Program-made: the position numbers and the translations under genes
The notes under the pieces: model-generated
Told to the model about the DNA's origin: nothing
Seen by the model: only the letters and a program-made list of their open reading frames with translations
Databases searched by the model: none
Part shown: piece by piece, positions 9,911 to 20,007 of the stretch
How positions within the stretch are numbered: the first letter of the stretch is position 1
Layout: the number at the start of each line of letters is the position of its first letter
Source of the DNA: a virus
Lineage: Duplodnaviria > Caudoviricetes
IMG/VR virus record: IMGVR_UViG_3300022179_000796
Span: 1-38,007 of that record
Length of the DNA stretch: 38,007 nucleotides
Strand: one strand, 5' to 3'

Positions 9911-11121
9911 GAGATTGTGTAATATTTGGTTGAAAGTTCGCTGTAGGTTGCGGCCCACCCGAAAAGCACGTCGATACGGAAAATCGCATTATCGTTGACC
10001 CCGTCGTAAAACTCGACCACGCGCAGGGTGAAACCGTTGTGGCTCATCTGCTCGGACGAGATCACGCCGCGCGCCGGGGGTTGCCACAGCGGAACCATCG
10101 CCAGGGTGAAAGCGTCCTTGTGGAATGCGCAGTTCGCCTTGTACGATGTCGATGCCGCACCCAGGATGACGTAAGGCGCACCCGTGGTCGGGCTGGCCGT
10201 GACGTTCTGGAATGCGCCGGTCGTGACGATGGCAGGGCTGATGTTGATCGTGGTCGCGCCAACAAGCGCGTCAGCCGTCACCACGAAGTTTGCCAAAACG
10301 CCCGTATCGGTGCGGCTTTGCGGATTCACCGAGTTCACGCCCGGCAGCGTGATGACGGTGCCACGGGTCAGCGTGCCGCCGGCGACAGCCACGACCGTGA
10401 TCGCCGAGCCGGTCTGATTCGCGCCGTTGATGTTGGTCGCGGTCGCGGCACCGTTGGTGTGCGTATCCACGTTTTGGTCCATCATCGGACGCAGGCCGAA
10501 CGAGTCTTGCATGTAGCCGGTGCGGTACTGGCCGTTGATGCGCTCGGACATGTTGAACAGGCCCGCGAAGCCCTGAATCATCGCGCCGTTGAGTGCCGGG
10601 CCCATGACGAACTGCCGGCGACCATCCTTCACGGGAGCGGCCATGATGTCCAGGCGCGTGTTCGCGTCGGTCATCGCAGCCACGGCGAGGGCTTGGGTCG
10701 TCGGGAGCGCGCCCGCACCGTTCAGCGTGTTGTAGGTGCTGAAGTGGGCCAGCGCGCAACCTTGGCGGTCGATCTCGTTGGCAACCGGCGCCATCGCAGC
10801 GGTCAGCTTGTCGTTCAGCTTCGTCAGCAGCAGGGTTTGTTCCAGACTGTTGAAGTTGATGTCGCAGCCGCCCTGATTGACCGTCAGCGGGATCGTGGTT
10901 TCGACCGTCGCTTGCGGCACGGCGACACGACCAGCACGGTACGTGTAGCGCGGGGGACGCTTGATGTTGATGGTCGCGCCGGGAGCGTAGCCGCGGGACA
11001 TGTTGCCCGTGAACTCGTCTTCCCAATCGCGATTGACGTTGGCGCTGAAGCTCAGCATGTTCTCAAGCACCGCCAGCGCTTCACGCGCGACGATGCTTGA
11101 TGTTGCAAGGGTGTTGGTCAT
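9907..11121 (-). CDS. Major capsid protein (P22 coat family)
   Basis: 404 aa; GATINIKRP and C-terminal RIDVLFGW; follows the scaffold gene. Confidence 0.9.
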   Translation of the reverse strand: MTNTLATSSIVAREALAVLENMLSFSANVNRDWEDEFTGNMSRGYAPGATINIKRPPRYTYRAGRVAVPQATVETTIPLTVNQGGCDINFNSLEQTLLLTKLNDKLTAAMAPVANEIDRQGCALAHFSTYNTLNGAGALPTTQALAVAAMTDANTRLDIMAAPVKDGRRQFVMGPALNGAMIQGFAGLFNMSERINGQYRTGYMQDSFGLRPMMDQNVDTHTNGAATATNINGANQTGSAITVVAVAGGTLTRGTVITLPGVNSVNPQSRTDTGVLANFVVTADALVGATTINISPAIVTTGAFQNVTASPTTGAPYVILGAASTSYKANCAFHKDAFTLAMVPLWQPPARGVISSEQMSHNGFTLRVVEFYDGVNDNAIFRIDVLFGWAATYSELSTKYYTIS

Positions 11122-11122
11122 C

Positions 11123-11965
11123 TCAATTCCTTAGGGCGGTTTTTCGCCACTCCATGTAGTCGGCTTGGCTCATCTTTCCGGGGTCGCCCACGGTGCTACG
11201 GCCAGAGCCGACAGGAGTCGGCGGGGTTGGGGCAGAAGTGATTCGTTTCGGTGCCGGCGGGGCTTCCGCCTTCACGGACAAGGACGCTTCAAGACGCCCG
11301 ATCTCTCGGGCTGCGGCCATCGGTTCCAGTCGGGAGAGCTTTGCGGCGACTTCCGGGTTCTGCGCCAGGTGATAGGCCACCTTCGGGCCGATGTCGCTTC
11401 CCTTGATGGCTTCTGCCATCGCGTGAGACATCGGCGCCGTGGATGACGCCATCACCTGATCAAAGTCCGGTAGCTCAGCTTTCACAGCCTCGGCACGCTG
11501 CTGCCAGGTGGTCGCCTGCGCGGCCTGGGTTTGCTGCGTCTTCTGCTGCTCAAACTCGGCTTTCACCAGTGCCTTGGCCTCGAATTTGGCGAGTGCCCGC
11601 ACGTATGCGCCGTAGTCCTCGAATGCCTCCGGCTTCGGCTCGGCGTCTGCTTCGGCGGGCTGGGCTTTCGCCTCGCGTGTCTCTGCAATGCCGCGCCAAT
11701 AGGCCGCTTCCCGTTGTGCCTCGTGCCGCTGGCGCGTGATCTCGTCAATCCGCTCCTGCAGCTTCGGCTTGAACTGGCCTTTCTCGTTGCGTTCCTGTCC
11801 ATCGTCCGCGGCCTCTTCTGTCGCGGCCTCTGCCGTCGCCTCCGCTGCTGGCTCGGCTGGAGTTTCTTTGGCCTGTTCAGGCTTCGGGTGCTCCAGCGTC
11901 TCCAGAACGGTGACGTTCGGGCGTTGCTCGACTGCTTCGACTGCGGTTGTTTCCTGCGCGCTCAT
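11123..11965 (-). CDS. Scaffolding protein
   Basis: Acidic N-terminus, coiled coil, GPKVAYHLAQNP...REIGRLEA, C-terminal MSQADYMEWRK. Confidence 0.85.
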   Translation of the reverse strand: MSAQETTAVEAVEQRPNVTVLETLEHPKPEQAKETPAEPAAEATAEAATEEAADDGQERNEKGQFKPKLQERIDEITRQRHEAQREAAYWRGIAETREAKAQPAEADAEPKPEAFEDYGAYVRALAKFEAKALVKAEFEQQKTQQTQAAQATTWQQRAEAVKAELPDFDQVMASSTAPMSHAMAEAIKGSDIGPKVAYHLAQNPEVAAKLSRLEPMAAAREIGRLEASLSVKAEAPPAPKRITSAPTPPTPVGSGRSTVGDPGKMSQADYMEWRKTALRN

Positions 11966-12077
11966 TGAGCGATCTCCTGCCCGGTGTTCACGCCCATCGG
12001 TAGGCTCCCTTGTGCGCCTTGGTCACTGCTGGGTGTCAGTGAGGCGAGATACATTGCGGCGATGTTGCAGAGGGTTG

Positions 12078-13970
12078 TCATGCAATCGCCGTATAGGTAC
12101 TTGGTGCAGTGGTACACACCTTCAGGAGTCCGCCAGTCTTGTCGCGCACCAAATAGCCGACGACATTCGTCAGTGCGGCCGTCTCCACACCAGGCAGGCA
12201 GGCGCCGTCCCAAGATACAGATGCCGCTCCGGGGTTTGAGACGACGGTGGAGCCGTTGACCAACTCGACGTTGCTTGCCAGCACTGCGCATGTACCGGAA
12301 ACCGCTGTAGAGAATGTGATCTCGCCGCCATCATTCGTCAGGCCCGTTCCGGTGCTGCTGACATTGCACAGTTCCAGTTTCGGGAAAGTGCCGGTCGCGT
12401 TGTTGTGGCGTACCGTTGCACGAATGGAGTTCTCCCGATCAACGTTGGACAGCTTGACGCGTCTAGTGATGGAGCCACCGTTATAGACAATGCGCCCGTG
12501 GCCCTTGACTCGTGCGTTTGAGATCTGCACCGAGCCGGCCACTGCAGTAGCGTCATTCACGGCCAGCAGTGCACCGCCCGCGGACACTCCAGTCCATACG
12601 CCGATCAAGTCGTCGAGCTGAAAGTTCGTGACGGCCCCGGCATTTCTGGCTCCGCTAGTCTTGTCGATCGTGACCAGGCTCGCCGATGTCGTGCTGTCAT
12701 CGCGCCAGTCGATGCCTTGGAGTCGTAGCGACCCAATAGTCGGAACAACGGCCGTGTTTTCGATCGACACCATTGGCTTGCCGGTTTCTGTACTCGGCAC
12801 CTTGCGTTGCACATTGCTGATACTGATCGACTCAATCGATCCATTCAGTGTGAACAACGCTTCTTGAGGTGTCGCGCTGGTCGGATAGATTTGCACTCCA
12901 TCAAAGCTAATGTTTCGCAGCAGAGAATCAGCGCCTGTCGTGCTGCCACCGACCATCGGACCGCCCTTGTTGTATGGGCCCGTCAGGTTCGATACCTGAA
13001 CGTTCGTCAGTGTGTTCGTTGTGGAATCCAGCAGTCTGACATGGTGCCACATGCCAAGCGTTACGTCAGCATGCACGCCTCGAATCGTGATGTCGTTGGC
13101 CGCTCCGGCGCCGGCCATCGCAGACGCATAGACGCCGTAGTCGTGGGTAACGATGGCAACTGCATCGTCTATGGTGTACCCGCTGGTTTCCTCATAGACG
13201 TGATCGTTGTTCGGCCCCTGGACTTGAAAGCCCCCTTGGTTGGCAGTTGTGGTCGTGTAGTGAAAACGAACGCCTTTGGTCCGCACAACCTTGCAGTTCG
13301 CAATACCGACTGCCCAGGCATTTGCATCTACGCACCGAAAGTCTCGAAGATGCAGACCGTTCACGTTCTGCATCCAGACGAGGATGCAAGAGAAAATTGT
13401 TCCGTCGTCGCGAGTAACGTTGGCGGCGTTGCCGTCGAAATCTCCCAGCCCGTCGATCGTAATGTTGGAGTTTCCGCCAGACACATCAGAGTTCTGGATC
13501 ATTACGGGATTGGTTGTCCCTGCCCGGATCTTCAGAATCACGCCGGCACCAACGGTGAGGCGGCAGTTACTAGGTATCAACAGGGCGACATTGTAGGTTT
13601 TGGTGCCAGAAGTTTTCGGCGTCGTGCATGCCAGGGTGTATGTGCCTGGCGCTCGGATATACACATCCCTGCCAAGTGCCAGCGCAGCATTGATTGCGGC
13701 GGTGTTTGCATTGGCGGTAGCTAGCGACGTATCCGAAGCAACCAACGCTGGAACCGCAGCTACCGCTGCAGCTTGCGCAGACGTGAGCGGCGGAAATCCA
13801 TCGCGTAATGTCTGCTGCTCCGCCGCTGTCAGCGGGAAAAATGCAGCGCCTGGATTCAATGTGTACGTAGCAAGTCCCTGCTGTACTAGCGATGCCTCTG
13901 TTGCGTTATCCAGATCTACGGTCGCGCCTTGCGCAAACGTGGAATACGGCTTCAGGAGAAGGACGGTCAT
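12078..13970 (-). CDS. Beta-helix glycoside hydrolase/lyase-like virion protein (putative head spike)
   Basis: NTAAINAAL...VYIRAPGTY, ITIDGLGDFDGN, GYTIDDAVAI (GH28/pectin-lyase-fold motifs); lies between portal and scaffold. Confidence 0.7.
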   Translation of the reverse strand: MTVLLLKPYSTFAQGATVDLDNATEASLVQQGLATYTLNPGAAFFPLTAAEQQTLRDGFPPLTSAQAAAVAAVPALVASDTSLATANANTAAINAALALGRDVYIRAPGTYTLACTTPKTSGTKTYNVALLIPSNCRLTVGAGVILKIRAGTTNPVMIQNSDVSGGNSNITIDGLGDFDGNAANVTRDDGTIFSCILVWMQNVNGLHLRDFRCVDANAWAVGIANCKVVRTKGVRFHYTTTTANQGGFQVQGPNNDHVYEETSGYTIDDAVAIVTHDYGVYASAMAGAGAANDITIRGVHADVTLGMWHHVRLLDSTTNTLTNVQVSNLTGPYNKGGPMVGGSTTGADSLLRNISFDGVQIYPTSATPQEALFTLNGSIESISISNVQRKVPSTETGKPMVSIENTAVVPTIGSLRLQGIDWRDDSTTSASLVTIDKTSGARNAGAVTNFQLDDLIGVWTGVSAGGALLAVNDATAVAGSVQISNARVKGHGRIVYNGGSITRRVKLSNVDRENSIRATVRHNNATGTFPKLELCNVSSTGTGLTNDGGEITFSTAVSGTCAVLASNVELVNGSTVVSNPGAASVSWDGACLPGVETAALTNVVGYLVRDKTGGLLKVCTTAPSTYTAIA

Positions 13971-16048
13971 TGCATGGCCTCGTTGGCTTTGCCCTTGACT
14001 TCCGCATCTGCGGCCAGTTGCGGTGGCGGTTGCATCTTCTGAAGCAGTAGCTTCACGGCGTTTGTGAGTTCGGCAACGTCCATTGCCTGCAGGTATTTCG
14101 TGTCGTCGCTGCGGGCCTGGGCTTGGGCCTTGATGGTCTCGACCTGAATCGCCTTTTCGGCGTCGATCTGCGCCTTCGGGATGCCTGCTTGCGCCTTCTG
14201 CAGTTCAGCGCCCATCTCCTGAATCTGCTGGTTCATTTCCTCCAGCATCTGAGCGGCTTGCTCGACAGGGATCGGGCCACGCGGCGTCATCACGACAGGA
14301 GCGTCTTTGTCTTGCTCTTGCTCGCCCAGAATCTGCGGCGGAATCGTGCGCTTGATGCGCTCTGCTACGTCTTCTGAGCCGTGGAAGTCCATCGACCCGA
14401 CGACCTTGTCGCCAGCCACGTCCATGAGCTTCGGCCAGTTCTTGCCAAGTTCGATCAGCGCATCGGTTGCTTCTTGCCTGGCGGTGCTGTACGCGGGACC
14501 TACGCCGATGGTGTAGTCGTATTTCGCATCGGTGATGTCAACGGCCTCTTCGTCCTGGCCGTTGATGCCCCTGGACGTGATCTGCTCGTCTTCACCCATC
14601 AGCTTGACGATGCGGGCGCCGTCGTAAATCTTCGGCACCATGTCAATCAGGCACTTGATGGCGTGCCTATAGGTGATCTGGCTGTTGTCCTGATAGTGAA
14701 AGTTCGCAGTATCGCCCTGAAGCTGCTGGGCGCGCTCTTGGATGCCGCTGGTTGCGGTTCCGCGGGCTCCGAGCGAGCTATCGAACAGACCAGTCGTTGC
14801 CTTCACGTCATCAGACGCAGTGCGGGCCATCGTGATGGTCCCGATTGGCACATCAGCCATCGGCTGGCGGCTCGGAGGCGGCGCTAGCGTGCCATCCAGC
14901 GTGACCGGCTTGTATTCGAGGTAAGGGAAGCTGCTCGTGTTCGCGGCGGCCCACTGATCTTCGTAGCCCTCAAACTGACCTTCGGCTCCGATGTACGGCG
15001 TCTTAGCCCGCAACGCCACTTCTTCAGTGGCCGCGGTCATCCAATAGTTGTACATGCGCGCCGGGTCTTTGGCGTGCCGCACCAGACCAGAGCGAATCAC
15101 CTTTCCGTCAAGGTCGATCTCGTCACCGAAGACCGGGAACACCGGAATCCAGCGGCATGGAATCTCGACCTCGTCCAGCACATCGACAGCAGTGAGCAGG
15201 CGCCACATCACCTTGCGCTTGGCGGACTCGCGGCGCATCGGCTTCCCGCCCTTAAGCTGGATCAGCGCGCCTTCGGGCATCTCGTCTTCAAAGAACGGGC
15301 CCTGATCGGTCATCACCAGCCAGGCTTTGACCATCTCGACTTTGTAGAACTCGGCGACGCGAACGAAGTCGTTGCTCAGCCAGTCGTTGAGCGTGGTGTC
15401 GCCAGTGCCCTGCGGAAAGCCGTTCGCGCCCGATGCGTTGGCCTTCGGGTACTTGCGCTTGAACTCAGCGCGCGGCATCTTCTCGGTGATCATGCAGCGC
15501 ATCTGATCGCTGCCGTCCGGTTCTTGAATGCCCGGGTCCATGTAGACCGTGAAAGCATTCCTGATGCGCTTGAACGCGATCTCCTGATCGAACGTTTCTT
15601 CGTCGCAGTAGCGCGTGATCAGGCGGTAGTAGCCAAAACCGATGGTCGCTGCAGAGTTGACTGCGGTCCCAGTGGCGACGCTGGCATTCGAGGCGTACTC
15701 AATGTGCCGCACGATGCCCTGCACGACCTCGGCCTTCTCTTCGTCGTCTTCACCAACCGGGTGAATCTTCGCACCCATCTTGTTCTGCCGCTGGTCGTTG
15801 GTGACCTGATGCAGAAACGTGGGCAGCTTGTTGATCGTCAGGCACGGCCGGCCGGATAGGGCGCGCTGCTGGCGGTCGCGCGGGTCCCACTGCTCGCCTG
15901 CGACGAACTCCAGATCGTCCAAAGCGGCGGCGCGGTTCTTGTCGTCCGCGCTGATGCACAGGGCCAGGAACTCGCGCGCCTCAGCCAGAATGGCGATGTC
16001 GCCTTTGCCTTCAGCTTCGGCCGGGGCTGGCGTGTTGCCGTCAGCCAT
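13967..16048 (-). CDS. Portal protein (P22-like)
   Basis: 693 aa; DDLEFVAGEQW, RPCLTINKL, GLVRHAKDPARMYNYW. Confidence 0.92.
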   Translation of the reverse strand: MADGNTPAPAEAEGKGDIAILAEAREFLALCISADDKNRAAALDDLEFVAGEQWDPRDRQQRALSGRPCLTINKLPTFLHQVTNDQRQNKMGAKIHPVGEDDEEKAEVVQGIVRHIEYASNASVATGTAVNSAATIGFGYYRLITRYCDEETFDQEIAFKRIRNAFTVYMDPGIQEPDGSDQMRCMITEKMPRAEFKRKYPKANASGANGFPQGTGDTTLNDWLSNDFVRVAEFYKVEMVKAWLVMTDQGPFFEDEMPEGALIQLKGGKPMRRESAKRKVMWRLLTAVDVLDEVEIPCRWIPVFPVFGDEIDLDGKVIRSGLVRHAKDPARMYNYWMTAATEEVALRAKTPYIGAEGQFEGYEDQWAAANTSSFPYLEYKPVTLDGTLAPPPSRQPMADVPIGTITMARTASDDVKATTGLFDSSLGARGTATSGIQERAQQLQGDTANFHYQDNSQITYRHAIKCLIDMVPKIYDGARIVKLMGEDEQITSRGINGQDEEAVDITDAKYDYTIGVGPAYSTARQEATDALIELGKNWPKLMDVAGDKVVGSMDFHGSEDVAERIKRTIPPQILGEQEQDKDAPVVMTPRGPIPVEQAAQMLEEMNQQIQEMGAELQKAQAGIPKAQIDAEKAIQVETIKAQAQARSDDTKYLQAMDVAELTNAVKLLLQKMQPPPQLAADAEVKGKANEAMQ

Positions 16049-16415
16049 ACAGAGCCACCGCAGAAGCCGACACGTTCAGTTGCTGAACCAACACCCCAGG
16101 CGGACGGGCCATCAGCACGGGGTCAGGCTGGATCACCTGAAAGCCGAAGCGCTCGTACCAGCGGATCAGCATGGCTTGGCTAAGTGCGATGTCATCGCCA
16201 TACGGGCGAGGCCACAGCACGAGGGTGATGCCGTCGCGGTCAGCCTCTTCGCAGGCGTTCAGCACGAGCTGCGTTGCGTAGCCCTGGCGCTGGAACTCTG
16301 CTGCCGTATGGATCTTCGTCAGTTCGCGGGTGCGATCGCGCATGTGCTTGGGAAGCGCCATGCTGATGCGCACCTGAAGCGATGCGCCCTCGTGATTGCG
16401 GGCGCCGACGTTCAC
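16041..16415 (-). CDS. GNAT-family acetyltransferase-like protein
   Basis: EFQRQGYATQL (acetyl-CoA-binding Q/RxxGxA motif) and WYERFGF. Confidence 0.7.
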   Translation of the reverse strand: MNVGARNHEGASLQVRISMALPKHMRDRTRELTKIHTAAEFQRQGYATQLVLNACEEADRDGITLVLWPRPYGDDIALSQAMLIRWYERFGFQVIQPDPVLMARPPGVLVQQLNVSASAVALYG

Positions 16416-16654
16416 TTGACCACCAGATCATCAGGGCGGCAGACGGACAGAAACTGCTCGTCTCGCTTGCCCTGCGGTGCGCCGAACGGTTTCCCGTCAG
16501 CGGTAATGACCTTGCAGAAGTCCTGAAACGGCGGTTCGCCAGGCCCGATGTACTTCAGAGCCCGGCCAGCGTTCGGCCCACGGCGAAACGTGTAAAGCGT
16601 CTCGCGGTCGAAACGCATGACGGCAGGGATTTCCTGCGCAAGCTCGATCTGCAT
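16412..16654 (-). CDS. Hypothetical protein
   Basis: 80 aa from ATG 16654, overlapping the next gene by 4 bp. Confidence 0.55.
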   Translation of the reverse strand: MQIELAQEIPAVMRFDRETLYTFRRGPNAGRALKYIGPGEPPFQDFCKVITADGKPFGAPQGKRDEQFLSVCRPDDLVVK

Positions 16655-16691
16655 CGAGCAAGTATAGCGAAGTGTGCACTCACAAACAAGT

Positions 16692-17933
16692 CTAGCCCAT
16701 CCAAGAGCCCGCAACAGCCACCGGCCGGCGCACTGAAGGCTTCACGGTTGCAACGCGCCGAATCCCCTCCAGCGCGTAACGCAGAGCGTCAATGACGTGG
16801 TTGTCCTTGTCGCTCAGTACCGGAAGAATCTGCTGCGTCTTCTCGTCGGTCTTGTAGCAGTACAGGCTTAGCTCATCGATCAGGTGCTGACAACGTGGGT
16901 GGACAACGATGTCATAGCTTTTCAGCCACTCGACGCCCTCTTCCAGGCTCTTGGCGCCCTTTATGGCAGACCGGATGTGCGGGAAGCCGTGCTTCTGCAT
17001 GTGGCTGACCGTCTCGGGCCTGGCGCTGTCGGCCGTGATTGGCCACTTCTCAGAACCTGGGACGCGAAGGAACAGCTCCGGCAGGTTGACGATCTCGCAA
17101 CCCACCATGTACGCCTCGAAATCGACGTACAGCGTGCGGCCGACGATGTAGCAGCGCACAAGCACACTCGGGTCGCTGGCGAATCCCCAATCCGCGCCCA
17201 AGCGGAAGATGGCATCAGCGGGCGCATCGAACTCTTCCACGCGCCAGTTCTTGAAGACTCGTGCCTCGCTGTTCTGCTGATAGTGGCCAAGCCAGATATG
17301 CGCGTATTTGTCCGGGTCGCGCCGCTTGTCGTACTCCATTTCATCGCGGAGCACGTCAGGGAACCACGGGTTGTCGGTGTAGTTCGCCTCGACAACGATT
17401 GAGCCAGGCGGAGGATGGCCGCCACGCAAGAGTGCGTCAACAGGGTCAGACGACTTGCCAGGGTTCCAGCCGAACCACAGTTGCGACCCTGGCATGCGGA
17501 TCGTTGGTCGCAATAGGTCTAGGCTGCGCTGGCTCAGGCTTTGCGCCTCTTCAACGAACGCAACGCCGAACCCTTCAAGCGACTTGATCGAGTCTGCCGT
17601 GTGGTTCTGCATGCCCTCAAAGATGATCGTGCCACCCAGCGAAGACAAGATGCGCTTGTCCTGAACCTCGAAGTAGGCCCCGGCGTTCAGACTGATAATC
17701 TTGCTCTCTAGGAGCTTCTTCACCGACTGATTCAGAGTGCGCTGTACCTCACGGATGCAGACAGCATCCATCTTCTCTGTCGCGCCACGCTCCACCAGCA
17801 TTTCGCAGAAGAAGTGCGACTTGCCAGAGCCGCGGCCGCCGTGGATTCCAAGGTAGCGAACGGGCCGACCATCTGGCGCCGTCTTCTCCAGCAGCGGTAG
17901 GAATTTGCGCGGAGTCGGGATGTCGAGGATCAC
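16692..17933 (-). CDS. terL: Terminase large subunit (PBSX family)
   Basis: Walker A GGRGSGKS, Walker B FVEEAQ, nuclease GADWGF and DNHVIDALRYA. Confidence 0.95.
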   Translation of the reverse strand: MILDIPTPRKFLPLLEKTAPDGRPVRYLGIHGGRGSGKSHFFCEMLVERGATEKMDAVCIREVQRTLNQSVKKLLESKIISLNAGAYFEVQDKRILSSLGGTIIFEGMQNHTADSIKSLEGFGVAFVEEAQSLSQRSLDLLRPTIRMPGSQLWFGWNPGKSSDPVDALLRGGHPPPGSIVVEANYTDNPWFPDVLRDEMEYDKRRDPDKYAHIWLGHYQQNSEARVFKNWRVEEFDAPADAIFRLGADWGFASDPSVLVRCYIVGRTLYVDFEAYMVGCEIVNLPELFLRVPGSEKWPITADSARPETVSHMQKHGFPHIRSAIKGAKSLEEGVEWLKSYDIVVHPRCQHLIDELSLYCYKTDEKTQQILPVLSDKDNHVIDALRYALEGIRRVATVKPSVRRPVAVAGSWMG

Positions 17934-18337
17934 GGTTTCCCAGGGTCAACCACTGTTCGCCGCACCTCTTGCACTTGCATAGGACCACCGTTCGGCCCGC
18001 TTACCTCGGTCTGTACCTTGTCGCCGTAGCGCTTGGGGTTTGCGACCTTCGCGCGCCATCGCAGGTGGATCGCCAGTTCCTTGGCCTTCGATAGCTCGAA
18101 CTGGTCTTCGGCGTCTTCGATGTGCTCTTGGGCCTTGTCCTCAAAGGCTTGCGCCGAAACTTCGCGCGCGCGTGCGCACGCCTGAGAGCGTTCCGGTTCT
18201 GCGTCAATCCACATGCACAACCGTCCGAGCCCAACTTCAGCAGTCTTCGCAATCTCGCGGTAGCTCTTGCCGTCAGCGATCCATTCGGCGACCTGTTCGC
18301 CTCCGATGGCGTTGAGCTTGTCTTGTGCGACTCCCAT
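17930..18337 (-). CDS. terS: Terminase small subunit
   Basis: N-terminal HTH, PKRYGDK, SGPNGGP motifs; directly upstream of terL. Confidence 0.85.
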   Translation of the reverse strand: MGVAQDKLNAIGGEQVAEWIADGKSYREIAKTAEVGLGRLCMWIDAEPERSQACARAREVSAQAFEDKAQEHIEDAEDQFELSKAKELAIHLRWRAKVANPKRYGDKVQTEVSGPNGGPMQVQEVRRTVVDPGKP

Positions 18338-18339
18338 GC

Positions 18340-18564
18340 TCAACCCCTCGCCTTCAGCCACGCACCAAGCCGGTGCTGCGCATCAGTGCGAATCCGTGCG
18401 AACCTGACCTGTTCTTGAAGCCACAAAGCAAAACGGCAGCTTTCGCCACCGTCCTGCCGCTCAGGCGGGCACGCCAACCCATGCTGGCCGCACGTATCAG
18501 GGTTCTGAGCTTGCGCATGCTGCATTTTAGCTGCATCTGCAAGTTTTGTGCTATCTGTTGTCAT
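18340..18564 (-). CDS. Hypothetical protein
   Basis: 74 aa ORF filling the gap, ATGA-coupled to the upstream gene. Confidence 0.45.
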   Translation of the reverse strand: MTTDSTKLADAAKMQHAQAQNPDTCGQHGLACPPERQDGGESCRFALWLQEQVRFARIRTDAQHRLGAWLKARG

Positions 18565-19052
18565 GCTGCTCCTTTGTCCATTGCTCGATTGCTGGCCTCT
18601 AGCCAGGGCTTGCGGATCAGGCGCTCGAATCGCTCTCTTGCTGCAGGGTCATTGTCGATTTCTCGACGGCTTCCAACAGACAGCACGCGGCGCACTGTGT
18701 CAGCCGCTCGCGTCAACTCTGACAGCCCGACACCCAAGGGCCAAGACAGCGGAAACCTCTCCGCCAGCCACTGCTGAAACTCCGGCTCAATGCACCGCAT
18801 CCCGAGCCACTGAGCTATCGCGCCACCCTTTAGCGGCTCTGAACTCACCTCAGCGCACGGCTTCTCTGGTTCTGGACTCGGTTGTGCGCCGGGCTTCAGC
18901 GCCGCAAGTACTGCCGCTGTGCCACGAACCCGGAACAGCCGCAGGCCGGCATCCGCGTGGCGCGGCTCGACATCGAAGAAGAACCGAACCGTTCCGTCCG
19001 CCATGTCCTTGAACCCAGCACATACGGATTCCACGAGAACGTCCTGAGTCAT
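18561..19052 (-). CDS. Conserved phage hypothetical protein
   Basis: MADGTVR...DVEP and EFQQWL...GSRREID motifs, seen in phage proteins upstream of terminase. Confidence 0.65.
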   Translation of the reverse strand: MTQDVLVESVCAGFKDMADGTVRFFFDVEPRHADAGLRLFRVRGTAAVLAALKPGAQPSPEPEKPCAEVSSEPLKGGAIAQWLGMRCIEPEFQQWLAERFPLSWPLGVGLSELTRAADTVRRVLSVGSRREIDNDPAARERFERLIRKPWLEASNRAMDKGAA

Positions 19053-19390
19053 ATCGTCACCTCCATCTCCCGAGCCCGCTCCAACTCCCGCACGAGCCGC
19101 CGGTGGCTGGGTGCTCAATGCGCCCCACAAAGAGGAAACCCCGACAGGCGCGCCAACGCCTGAAGGGGCTTGATGTGGGTTTTCAACTTGCCCGACTGGA
19201 CCCCGGGGACCGAGACACGCCGGTTAGCGTGTCCAGCGAAGGGAGGGAGCATGTTTAGCACACGGCGACCTAGAGGAGTCTAGGACGACGTAGCGCCGTG
19301 GGTAACGCCACGGCGCTATTGTCGTTCACCCCAACCAAAAACACAACTGTCCTTTGCTGGCGCAAGTCGGCAAGGCCTCATTGCCATGCT

Positions 19391-19975
19391 TTAATATTGC
19401 AGCAAACCAGACCTAGATTCAAGCCTTTTTAACCGCCGGCCCATCACTTCCTTGAACCTGCGCAGATACGGTATCGAATGGTCTACCCTGCAGTTCTGCG
19501 CATACAGCCAGTCCACCTTAACATCTCCAATTCTTGCCCTAACGCGCGGCAAATACTCTGACAGATTTCCGCTCAAATGGTTGTTGCAGATAGAGCAGGC
19601 GCGATGGATGTTCCACAGATGGAAGCGTGTTGCTGGAGATGCCCCAACTGACCTCAAATGCGAGGCGTGCCACTGACCGCCCCAGCTCGGGCCTCGATCA
19701 CAAGACACGCACGGCTCTCCAGCGTCCCGAATTCTCACGATCTTGTTGATGATCGACTGACATTCTCGCAACCACTGGCTTCTAGGCTTGATGGCTTCAA
19801 GCTGTGCCCGAGTCTTGCGCTTGTCCTCGACCGCTGCTTTCTTGGCCTGGCGCGCGTTCTTTTCAGCCACTACCGCCTGCGCACAAGCAGGGCTGCACGC
19901 GCACTGCATCTGCCTAGCAGGGGTGAACTGCTCTCGGCATGCCTTGCAGCGGCGGGAGCGGATTGTTGGTGTCAT
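19391..19975 (-). CDS. ninG: NinG/Rap-family recombination endonuclease
   Basis: CKAC...CSPAC, IRDAGEPCVSC, HASHLRSVGA...RFHLWNIHRACSICNNHLSGN. Confidence 0.9.
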   Translation of the reverse strand: MTPTIRSRRCKACREQFTPARQMQCACSPACAQAVVAEKNARQAKKAAVEDKRKTRAQLEAIKPRSQWLRECQSIINKIVRIRDAGEPCVSCDRGPSWGGQWHASHLRSVGASPATRFHLWNIHRACSICNNHLSGNLSEYLPRVRARIGDVKVDWLYAQNCRVDHSIPYLRRFKEVMGRRLKRLESRSGLLQY

Positions 19976-20007
19976 GTCGGCGGTTTATCTTGGATTCTTC
20001 ATGCTGC

